A DNA stretch of 64,000 nucleotides. It comes from Eledone cirrhosa. Its lineage: Eukaryota. The stretch spans positions 53,382,001 to 53,446,000 of the forward strand of contig OZ024743.1 in NCBI GenBank assembly GCA_964016885.1, read 5' to 3'. Positions within the stretch are counted from its first letter, which is position 1. Each line of letters starts with the position of its first letter. This document shows positions 27,019 through 38,237 of this stretch, piece after piece. The notes below the pieces were generated by a model. The model had not been told where the DNA came from and did no database searches. It saw only the letters and a list, made by a program, of their open reading frames with translations. The translations under genes and the position numbers were made by a program.

Positions 27019-27500
27019 CTTCTTCTTCTTCTTCTTCTTCTTCTTCTTCTTCTTCTTCTTCTTCTTCTTCTTCTTCTTCTTCTTCTTCTTCTTCTTCTTC
27101 TTCTTCTTCTTCTTCTTCTTCTTCTTCTTCTTCTTCTTCTTCTTCTTCTTCTTCTTCTTCTTCTTCTTCTTGGGAGGATCGTGAGGGACCGAGTCCTGAA
27201 GTTCGCCTTCCAGTGGGTCCTGTCAGAAGCAACTGTCTCCAATATTTCGGCTGAATTTTCACGCGAGACCAGCCGAGCTCATGGATGTTATCCAAACATA
27301 TTGCTCAGGGTCTACCCGTGGGATTCCTGTTGGTTGGTTTTGCCTGTAAAATCTGTCCAGCGATTCTTTTCTAACCACATGCCTGTAGTATCGGAACTGT
27401 GATCTCTCAATTCGAAGAAGTAGCGGCTCTACCTGGAGCGACTCTCTGATCGAACTACACACTCTATCCAATAACGCTACTCCAAAGACCTCTAAAGAAA
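26989..27500 (-). mobile_element. RTE-clade LINE 3' fragment with long (GAA)n tail
   Basis: ESLQVEPLLLRIERSQFRYYRHVVR and DNIHELGWSR; (TTC)n on the plus strand at 26989-27171. Confidence 0.8.
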
Positions 27501-27779
27501 AACGTTTAGCCATTTCTCTACTTAGAAATGAAACAATGAAGCAGTGAACGACAAATATGTTATAGGTAACAGCTCCGACTCGTTTAAAAGGATTAATAAG
27601 CAATGTGCAGTGGGGTGAGCCCCTGCTGGCCAACAAAATGGATCAAATAGGTTGTGTTTATCACCACTGCCGGCTAAACCCTCTCCCATGCGTCTCCATC
27701 GCGGCACTGGCTACACTAAATTGGATTGGTTGTGAAAGTGAGAGCTCGGCGCTATAACTGATGCAATGCTTCGATTGCA

Positions 27780-28355
27780 CTATCCTAAAGTACATATACC
27801 AGGGTTGATCAAGAAGCTTCGTAAAAATTTAAACAAAAACTTTTTTTCAATCATAGCAGTGGAAAAGTATGAGGATAGGCCGACGTCTAGTGTAGACGAA
27901 ACTGCTTTATTTTGAAAATACTTAACTTTAATAAATTCCCTTGAGAAAAAAAAACTCTTTTTAATTATAAAGCATCAGAAGACTGAATCATTATCTTTAT
28001 GAGAGGAAATGCTGAAAGTAATTTTTAATTAAGCCCATTGGTTATAAACTGTACTCATAAATCTAGGGTTCACAGTGAGTACAGTCAGCGAGCAATGCCA
28101 GTCATCGAGTGCTAAAAAAACGCAGCTAAATGAAGTCCCTTTAGAAGATTGGTTTAAGACATATTCTGTTTATCAGTAAAAAGATGTTGTAAACAAAATT
28201 ATCTCAACTTTGAAGTTTTGTTCCTTCCAGATAATGCTTCTAGCCATCCTCCTGCCATAAATGACATGAGTGAAAATATTCTTTTTTAAATCATGATTTT
28301 CACCTCATTATAACATAACAGCTATTTTGCAACCATTGGATTTTAAGGTCATTGC
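27780..28355 (+). pseudogene. Tigger/pogo DDE transposase fragment
   Basis: Degenerate DETALF, GNAE, EDWF, FLPDNASSHP and TAILQPLD motifs in order. Confidence 0.75.
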
Positions 28356-28447
28356 ATCATCACAATCACCACCATCATCATCATTATCATCATCAGCATC
28401 ACCATAATCACCAACATCACCATCACCATCACCACCACATATACATG

Positions 28448-28526
<79 letters not shown>

Positions 28527-28872
28527 GGACTCATACATACATGCATATACATATATTTGTACACACACACATAGTATGTTTACTTCTTTTTTCCTTTCTT
28601 TCTTCCTTTTTTCTTCTCTTTTTTTTATTTCTTTCTCTCTCTTCGCTAACACTCCTTTCACTGATGGCTTTTTGATAGATAAAAGGCTATGGGGCGCTAC
28701 GGATAGATGTACTGTTTATAATGCGCCGAAACATCCGTGACCCGTAGTAAACAACTGACGAAGGGAAACTGTCCATCTCTTGTTTGTGTCGCCTCACCTT
28801 CTAACACTCATTATCAGTAACCACACAGCCTCGCCTCCCTCAATCCATATATATATATATATATATATATAT

Positions 28873-29270
28873 TTGTCTTTGGACAAATTCCTCAAAAAGA
28901 TTCCAGATAAACCCCCTACTCCCGGATATGTCTCCGAAAACAATAATTCTCTAGGTGAGTGGGCCAAGATGTCCAAATCCTGGTTTGAAAAGCTTCTCCA
29001 GATGATGCTATTAAATTAGTCATGGCCTGGGCCAATACTGGCCGAGACCTATCAAAGTTATACATATATATATATATATATATAACTTTGATAGGTCTCG
29101 GCCAGTATTGGCCCAGGCCATGACTAATTTAATAGCATCATCTGGAGAAGCTTTTCAAACCAGGATTTGGACATCTTGGCCCACTCACCTAGAGAATTAT
29201 TGTTTTCGGAGACATATCCGGGAGTAGGGGGTTTATCTGGAATCTTTTTGAGGAATTTGTCCAAAGACAA
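28873..29270. repeat. Essentially perfect palindrome with ~190 bp arms and a (TA)n centre
   Basis: ttgtctttggacaaattcc...atcaaagtta, (TA)n, taactttgat...ccaaagacaa; preceded by another (TA)n. Confidence 0.97.
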
Positions 29271-30392
29271 TTAATTTTATGGGAACTGTTTCTGTTGTTA
29301 CGTGTTTTGGTGTAATGATAAAGAGAGCGGGACCAGTCGAGGTAAAATAATAGTACCGTAATGCTGTTATGAGATGTGATCTTGATTTTTGTTGGCGGAT
29401 TGCACGGGGCCCAAGCCTTATGTGTATTTTGAAGATGATGTCAACATTATTTGGGGCGGTGGATTGGCAGTATCGGTAGAGGGTCGGACGCCATGCTTTG
29501 ACGCATAGAGTTACGGCCCTTGCCATTCTGAGTTCAAATCCCGCCGAGGTTAACTTTGCCTTTCATCCTTACGGGGTCGATAAAATAAAGTACCAGTAAT
29601 GCACTGGGTAATTGCTGGCCTTGTGCCAAACGTAGAAACAATTATTTGGGCAAAGCTGGTGGAATATTTTCCACGTGATGCAGCTAATGTGACATCATGC
29701 GGCGACATTAGAGAGAGTAGAGTTCGAGCGTTTCTTGTTGATCCCAATAGTCAAGCTGTCTATCTTTGAGGTGCTTCAATTTTCATAATACTTTGTTTCA
29801 TGTAGACAACAGTGGACAACAGTATTTAAGGTGGAGCCGGGCAAAAGTAGAGAAGAGAAAGATTATGGTGTGGCTATCTCTCAACTGGAATATTCTGAGA
29901 ATACAGGAATACACCCTGCGGGATAAGTCAACTTTGGTGCTTTTATGAGTAGCCCAGCTAAGGTTATTATCAACAATTGCTCCCAAGGTTTTGGTGTTGT
30001 TGGATGGCAAGAGGGCTTCGCCCGAGGGAAGAGAATATGATGATTTCAGAGCATCCTCTTCTCCAAAGTGGATTACTTCAAATTTATCTTCGCTCAGCAG
30101 CATATTGTTGTTTTTTTTTCGTCCATTGGATATCAACAAGTAGATCCGATTGAAGACATGTCCAGTCTTCCACTCCATTGATGACCTTCTGGAGCTTGGA
30201 ATCATCTGCGAAGATTCTTATGTTGCTGTGTTTGATGACGTCGATATTGTCATTGATATAAATAACGAAGATGATTGGGCCCAACACAGTGCCTTGTAGG
30301 ACACCACTATTGACTTTGGCTAGGCTTGATTATACTCCTTCAACCACAACATGTTGGGTTCTGTTTGTCAGGAAATACTTGATCCATTGAAC
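29083..30392 (-). mobile_element. CR1/L2-group LINE RT 3' fragment, interrupted by a SINE
   Basis: FLTNRTQHVVV, QGTVLGPIIFVIYIND, IFADDSKL, LGAIVDNNLSW, FSTFARLHLKYCCPL, LDKFLKKIPDKP. Confidence 0.85.
29455..29645 (+). mobile_element. SINE family 2, full length, inserted in the CR1/L2 fragment
   Basis: Full consensus from ggcggtggattggcag to gtagaaacaattatt. Confidence 0.85.
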
Positions 30393-30479
30393 ATATATAT
30401 GTATATGAGGAATTTTACAACCATCCGAGCGGATCGTGTCGGCAGAAGGAAGGGAGAAACTGTCATTTTCCTGTATGAT

Positions 30480-30880
30480 TTTTTTTTCGGCAGACGGAAA
30501 TAACATATTCTCCAACTGGCTACTGTGAATCAGTCACCGTGCACAGCAAAGCCAATGATTTGAATGTAGTTGGGATCTATAGGCCACCCCAAACGCCCAT
30601 ACTGTGCTTCAAAGAATGCCTCAACAGCATTAAGTGTTTTTATACAACAGTTTTTATACAACATTCTGGTAACATACTAATGATGGGAGATTTCTATCTG
30701 CCATGTACTGATTAGTCAACAAACAGTTAAAAACCAAGTATTTCCACCTCACCTGTTTGCAGCAGTAGTGTCATTTCTCGACTATATGGATGATGGATGA
30801 GTGTTTCTAACTTCACCAACGAGATATCGGAAAAACATTTTGTACCTAGTGTTTAGTAACAACACAAATCCTATACAGTG
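30480..30880 (+). mobile_element. CR1/L2-group AP-endonuclease fragment
   Basis: VGIYRPP, FKECL and NILMMGDFYLP motifs. Confidence 0.6.
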
Positions 30881-31164
30881 GAAAAAATCATTCTCTCATT
30901 TACACACGCACACACACATGCTGACTTTTCGAATACTGTGGCCCAAAGTCACAACCTCAGGAGGATGCACTCCTTGTTGACCCGTGCGACGGGCAATGCG
31001 GTTTCAGCGTCTGATATGAAAATGGGTCATGATTTTCTTTCATTAGCAGAATATTTAATCTATGGACGCGACACCTATAGATGATGCAGTAGTTACCCCA
31101 CTGAACTGAGTTTACAGCCATCATATATATATATATATATGATGGCTATAAACTCACGCTAAGA

Positions 31165-31395
31165 GTATTGCAATCGCTTGTCAGATTCAGATGTGTGACA
31201 CTCGGATATGACTTTTCAAGACTGCTAGAAACTTGCACTCCTTCACACATTGATGACAACTATGGCTCTCCCTGGCCCCAGGTCTTGCATCAGGTTGCCT
31301 GTGAACCCTCACAATACCGCGGAGATTATAGTTCACTGGTTCTCTCTGAACATGGCTGCAACTGTGGCTCCTGAGACCAGATTTGCTCAAGCAAA
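31165..31395 (-). mobile_element. RTE-like C-terminal C2H2 fragment
   Basis: [22 protein letters not shown] just before the stop codon. Confidence 0.45.
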
Positions 31396-31398
31396 TAT

Positions 31399-31483
<85 letters not shown>

Positions 31484-31516
31484 TATATATATATATGTGT
31501 GTGTGTGTATATTTGC

Positions 31517-31592
<76 letters not shown>

Positions 31593-32006
31593 AATGTAAC
31601 GTGCATAAGGGTTCACCCGAGTGAGCACTCGATGCGTAGTTTCCAGTCTGTAATGAAGTGTAGAACTAAGCAGCGTGTAAATATAATAAAAGGACTGTTT
31701 GTTATGTCGCCATTACGTTTATTGAGCAGTGACGCGCGTTTCGCTACTGACCAGCTCAAGGTTCGATCTGTATCAATCTAGTTCGACTCTGCAATCGAAA
31801 GCTCGTCTGACCTCTGGTGTGGTAATGACATAATCAACATAGGGTGTAGAAAAAGTATATAACGATTCACATTCATTTATGGTGGTCAGTTATAGTTTGT
31901 TTTTATTGTTTTATTTTGCTAGGAGGGATGTTTTGGTATGTGTGATAGGTGAGGGGGGGGGGATTATAATGAAGAGATGGTGAGAGAAAGATTGTGGTGG
32001 GAAGCG

Positions 32007-32059
<53 letters not shown>

Positions 32060-32158
32060 AGTTTATCCCGGGTTCATTTGGAGTTAACCACAGTAAGTAA
32101 GGTACTCAAATATAGAAATGGCTTCTACAGGACTAGAACTGTTTCATTCGCGAGAAAA

Positions 32159-32207
32159 GCTTCCTGATGATTTCTCTCGAATGAAACAGTTCTAGTCCTC
32201 TAGAAGC
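32159..32207 (+). ncRNA. Type I hammerhead ribozyme fold, family B copy 1 (element ~32060-32217)
   Basis: GCTTC-CTGATGA-tTTCtctcGAAt-GAA-ACAG-ttctagtc-CT(C)T-A-GAAGC. Stem I is 5 bp. G16.2 is mutated to C here but retained in the inverted arm. Confidence 0.65.
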
Positions 32208-32429
32208 CATTTCTATAGTATATATATATATATTAAAATAACAAATTAAAGTTTAAGCAAAGAATCGCTGCTTTCACCCTTAACGGATCTTCTGAAACTA
32301 AATATTTGCTCTAGGGTTCTTCTATATTTTATATATCTTTATCCTTATCAAGCCCTCTTTGGATTTTAGTCTTCACATTTATTATTATTACTATATATAT
32401 ATATGTGTATATATGTATATATATGTATA

Positions 32430-32586
<157 letters not shown>

Positions 32587-33240
32587 AGGGAGAGAGAGAG
32601 AGAGAGATAATAGAAAACGAAAAACCAGTGATGTATCTGAACTCAATTTATTGTGTTACAATTGTTTCCCCGGCGGGAATGTGAATATGTGTATGTGAAT
32701 ATGTGTATATATACAATATATATATATATATATATGCATATACACACTTACACATACACATACACACATATTTTGCATATATTTATTCATATATATTTCC
32801 TGAATTACATTCAGATTTTAATACCTACAATTTAATTTGTTGTTTATACTGTTATTAACTTAATCTGCACTCATTAAACCTGCTTGTTGTCAACACACAG
32901 AAAAACAAGATGACGTAGGTCAGAACAAAGGAGAGGCACAAGACAAAAAAAAAAGAATCCCCAGTCACTGAAGAGGTCACAGAATGTGTGACGAAAGAAC
33001 TTTGACAATATATGAACAACTGTCTGGTTGTGGAACCAACCAACCAACCGGAAATTTATAAATATTTAAATTTATAATTTAATTTATAATAAATTGGAGT
33101 GAAAGCAACTGGTGCGTGTGTTTCTTATTGGCAACATGACCCTCCCAAAGTATAACAATATCGGTTTCAACACACGTTTTCAGATAAAGAATCTTGCTAA
33201 ACAAATTCAGAAACGAAATATATATATATATATATATATC

Positions 33241-33394
33241 AGATAGGGTGTGGTAATAACCAGCTAGACCATAACCCACCAGAGTGATCGATACTTGGGG
33301 TAGTAGAGTGGGTAATATGAAAAGATTCACGACCCCGACCGTTGTGCTCGGTCGAAACGGCCGGAGCTCAGCCATCGGGGGTCCTGAATTTTTC

Positions 33395-33398
<4 letters not shown>
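33241..33398. mobile_element. Penelope-like short repeat family A, copy 3 (inverted pair between (TA)n tracts)
   Basis: The minus strand matches the 840-940 body. The plus strand has GACCG-ttgtgct-CGGTC-GAAACGGC..GCCATC-GGGGGTC. Confidence 0.6.
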
Positions 33399-33448
<50 letters not shown>

Positions 33449-33531
33449 GTTATTCCGGGTTGAATCGGAGGTAACCACAGTAAGTAAGGTACTCAATACA
33501 TAGCAGAGTATAACAGTTTTAATATAGATGA

Positions 33532-33580
33532 GATTCTACAGGACTAGAACTGTTTCATTCATTAGAAATCATCAGGAATC
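33532..33580 (-). ncRNA. Type I hammerhead ribozyme fold, family B copy 2 (mirror copy on + at 33576-33624; element ~33450-33641)
   Basis: Minus strand: GATTC-CTGATGA-tTTCtaatGAAt-GAA-ACAG-ttctagtc-CTGT-A-GAATC. All core nucleotides are present, with a GUA cleavage triplet. Confidence 0.75.
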
Positions 33581-33637
33581 CTGATGATTTCTAATGAATG
33601 AAACAGTTCTAGTCCTGTAGAATCTCATCTATATTAA

Positions 33638-33726
<89 letters not shown>

Positions 33727-34044
33727 AAAACAACGAAAGAACTAATCAGGTTAAACCTGATTAGTTCTTTCGTTGTTTTGGTAGTGTATGGTTGGGTTTC
33801 GCCTGCCGCAATTTTCAATTTGTAATGTTATTACTCTAAGGACCTACCCTTATTGAGTGCTTTGCTACTCATTCCTAATTGTAGGTCGACTTTGCTTGGC
33901 CACTGCCAAAGCTTCGATTTTACTAAGCTTCCTTACTTACTTTTACACACGCACACATATATATATATTCCTACTCTATCAAACATTTAACTAATATATA
34001 TCTTCATTGTACTGTATCATTTGCTGTGTTATTTTCCGTTTATT

Positions 34045-34137
<93 letters not shown>

Positions 34138-34330
34138 AACATATATATAATGCGTTGGTGTATCTCAAGCAACATGTTTGTATGTATATATGTGTATGTT
34201 TGTGTGTGTAGTGAGCGTGTACGTGTGTGCACATGTGTGTACAAGTGTGTGTTTAGTTGTATCTGTGTGTCTGACTATGTTAGTGTGTGTGTGTATTTCA
34301 GTGTATGAGTATTTGTGTAAGTGCCTACCA

Positions 34331-34361
<31 letters not shown>

Positions 34362-34403
34362 TGTATGTATGTATGTATGTATGTATGTATGTATGTATGT
34401 ATG

Positions 34404-34901
34404 TTATCTCTTTCTCTTAATTACGAGTATATTTTTTTGACCGGCCACCTTCCTGGTGGCAAGGTTGTAAAAGAAAAGAAATTGTCATCCCTTGAATTGC
34501 AAGAATGTTTTGCAAATTTTGAAGGTGCCAGCTATCGCAGCCATTTGTAGACTATGAATTAGGGAGCTGCGCTCTTTGTCCGCAAATCCAAGTTCAGTCA
34601 TACTTTGGTCCAAACGGGTTGGTATATAACCCGTAGCTCCAATAATGATGGGTATGAAACTAAAGGTGTATCTTGGATACTGGATTTGTAAACTCCTCAT
34701 CAATGGTCCGTAGATGTCCTCCTCCTTCTGTATTTTTCTGACAACGTTTACATCAAGTGGGCAGCTGATCTCCACAACAGAACACGTTTTCAATGTGTGG
34801 TCCCAAACAACAATATCAGACCGGTTGTGCTTTAATTTGGTGGCAGTTTTTATTTTCAGGTTCCACCAGTATTCCTTAGTGCCATCTGTCTCAATATATT
34901 C
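34404..34901 (-). mobile_element. R4/Dong-clade non-LTR retrotransposon 3' fragment (restriction-like endonuclease) between (CATA)n tracts
   Basis: KHNRSDIVVWD..CSVVEISCPLDVNVVRKIQKEEDIYGPL..PIIIGATG matches the R4-type PD-(D/E) RLE. (TATG)n lies on both sides. Confidence 0.75.
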
Positions 34902-36083
34902 TATGTATGTATGTATGTATGTATGTATGTATGTATGTATGTATGTATGTATGTATGTATGTATGTGGCGGGGGACATACTTATTAATTTTTATTTATTT
35001 TTTTAAAATTTTATTTTATTTTATTTTTTTTTTCTCCTCGTGCAATGGCCATACTCGATAACGAGGGGGTAGCCAACATGTATGTATGTATGTATGTATG
35101 TATGTATGTATGTATGTATGTATGTATGTATGTATGTATGTATGTATGATTGTGTGTATGTGTCCACAGTTATGTTTATGTGTTTATATATGAGCATATG
35201 TGTATCTCTGTGTGTGCCTATGCATTTGTGTATATGTACGGATATGTGGTGTCTGTGCGTTTCCGTATGAGTATCATGTGTGCATCTATATGTCATATGC
35301 GGTTTGTGTGTGTATGTGTGAATTAATATGTGTGTGTGTGTGTTCGTGTTTGTCTTTGTATGTGTATGTGTATACATATGTATATATGCATATTTTGTAA
35401 GTGAGGGTATGATGCGTATTTATATGTAAGCGTGTATATATATATATATATGTATATATGTCTGTGTGTATGTGTGCGTGTGTGTGTATTTTTGTAAATA
35501 TGGGTATGTATGTGTATTTATTTGTACGTGTATGTGTATATATAATATATGTATTTTTGTAAGTACGCGTATATATGCGTATTTATATGCATGTGTATGT
35601 GAATGTATATATGTTTGCCTATTTATAAGTATGTGTATGTGTATATATATGTATGCGTATTTATAAGTATGTGTATATGTATATATATATGTATGCGTAT
35701 TTATAAGTATGTGTATGTGTATATATATGTATGCGTATTTATAAGTATGTGTATGTGTATATATATGTATATGTATTTTTGTAAGTATTTTTGTAAGTAT
35801 GCGTATTTATATGTTTCAGTAAATGTGTATATGTGTATGTGTATGTGTGTGTTTATATTCCCAAGGGTACGATTGTGTTGTGGAGAGAACCCTGTAAATA
35901 GCAGGCATGGAGTGCAGAGCCCCCCTGGACAGAGCAGTTAGAGATAAGAAGAGAAGATAACTGTGGGTGGCTGACACAGACTACCCGAGGGTAAGATTTA
36001 TACGTGTCTGTCTGTGTGTCCTCCTGTCTATCAACTGTCAGATCCACTAAGTTTTACGATGGGTTAACAAGGAGTCGTGTTAA

Positions 36084-36470
36084 GACCACCACCATCAACG
36101 CACCACCACCACCACCACCATCAACGCTCCACCACCACCATCACCATCAACGCTCCACCACCATCACCACCACCATCAACGCTTCACCACCACCACCACC
36201 ATCAACGCCTCACCACCACCACCACCATCAACACCTCACCACCACCACCACCACCACCATCAACGCTCCACCACCACCACCATCATCAACACTCCACCAC
36301 CACCACCACCACCAACGCTCCACCACCACCACCACCACCATCAACGCTTCACCACCGCCACCATCACTACCACCATCAACGCTTCACCACCACCACCACC
36401 ACTACCACCACTACCACCACTACCATCAACGCCTCACCACCACCATCAACACCTCACCACCACCACCACT
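36084..36470. repeat. (CCA)n-based minisatellite with ATCAACGC interruptions
   Basis: Direct reading. Confidence 0.9.
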
Positions 36471-37027
36471 GTTTACTTCATGTCATATTGAAACCTAGCA
36501 TGATACTTTAGACTATATAACATTGTATAAACCTGGCCTAGGGCTCTCTCACGCATTCTTCTTCGCTCTCATTCCTCTCACTCTCTCTTCGTTTTAATCT
36601 AACCCCTCTCTCTTTCTTTCTTTCATTTCGTTCTCTCTCTCCCTTTCACTAATTCTTATCTCCTCTACCACCACCCGTCACCCCTTCTATCTATTCTTTT
36701 ATTCTTTTATTGGTATCAGTCTGCAGCCATGCTGGGGCACGGCCTTGACGGGAATTAGTCAATCATATCGACCCTATTGCTTATTTTTCAAGTTTGTTAC
36801 TTTTTATCGAACTCTTTTTGTTGAACCTCTATTTGCAAGAGATAAACAGTAACTTAAACACACAAAGGACAGGCTTCTACATAGTTTCCGTCAACCAAAT
36901 TTCACTCACAAAGCAGTGGTCAGTTCGAGTCTATAGTTACTCTCGAGTCTCGAATAATCGCCCCCCACCCATAATAATTCTTCAGATTGTTTCCAACCCC
37001 CTAGGCCCGCTTATTAAATGTTGCTAA

Positions 37028-37345
37028 TCTAGCTCATGGATATTATCCAACCATCTTGCTCGGGGTCTACCCCTGTGTCTCTAGTCGGTTGGTTTTGCCC
37101 CTAAAATCTGTCCAGTGCTACTTTCCTGAGACATTCTAAGCACATGTACCGTAGCATCGGAGCTGTGATCTCTCAATTCGGAGAAGTAGTGACTCTACCT
37201 GGAATGACTCTATTATCTCTGAGCTACGTACTCTATCGAGTAATGTAATCCAAGGACTCTTCGGAGAAACCCCATTTCGGCCACTTGTATTCGCGATCGT
37301 ATTCTTTCGGTCATTACACAAGATTCATGACCACATGTATGGGTT
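37028..37345 (-). mobile_element. RTE-clade LINE 3' fragment
   Basis: LLDRVRSSEIIESFQVESLLLRIERSQLRCYG. Confidence 0.75.
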
Positions 37346-37719
37346 GGCACGAATACCGAATTGAAGAGAGCGAGTTGTTTACTGAACTACCTGCTCATGA
37401 AATTAACGTGCAAGTGGCTGAGCATTTCACAGACTCGTGTACTCATAACTTAATTCTCAGGAAGATTCAGCGTGACACAAGTTTGGCTCTTTCAATTACA
37501 AGTATAGTCCATTCAACCGGCTTCCAAACAGTATCTGTCAACTTAATTTCCAACACAGGGCTATTAAGATGTGATGCGGTAAATAAATATATATATATAT
37601 ATATACATCAATCAAATATATACATATAAATATATACATATACATCACAAATGAACCAAACTCCCACTGTCACTGCCCCGGTCTCTTCCGCTCTCCCCAT
37701 TTCTCACTATTATGTGAAA

Positions 37720-37990
37720 ATGGGGGCCCACGTGCTAGCCGCCCCGCAGCCCTGGCGGACAGAATGGAGAAGGCATTTTACCGGAGGATGGTGAGGGAGA
37801 CGCGCTGGACGACCGAACCTATGATAAAAGAGACCTGGCCATGCTACAGCGCAGTCGGATCGAATTCGAGGCCTTATGATTGCGAAACAAAGTTCATAAC
37901 GACTAGGCAACAGGAGCTTCACAAAGCCAAAGAGTGAAACACTTAAGGTGGGCGTTTAGTCGACAGCTGCCGTGTAGCAAATCATAAATC
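37720..37990 (-). mobile_element. CRE-clade 3' fragment
   Basis: The reverse complement of 37735-37810 aligns to 49435-49495 (cagcgcgtctccct..atgccttctccattctgtccgcc). Confidence 0.65.
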
Positions 37991-38026
37991 TATCACCCCG
38001 ACGCACACACTCATCTCTCTCTCTTC

Positions 38027-38077
<51 letters not shown>

Positions 38078-38116
38078 TATATATAACGTACACACACGCG
38101 CACGCACGCACGCGCG

Positions 38117-38167
<51 letters not shown>

Positions 38168-38237
38168 AAGCGTGAACCTAATACCCTCTCTGTTCGTAAC
38201 TGCACTCCTTGCTTTTGTTTTTTACTTTTCCAATATA

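Noticed and set aside
28660-28775. ctgatgg...gcgccgaaac and ctgacgaagggaaac as hammerheads
   Set aside because: The core is altered and stems I and III cannot be formed.
36004-36511. Pro/His/Thr-rich ORFs
   Set aside because: A (CCA)n minisatellite that is open in several frames.
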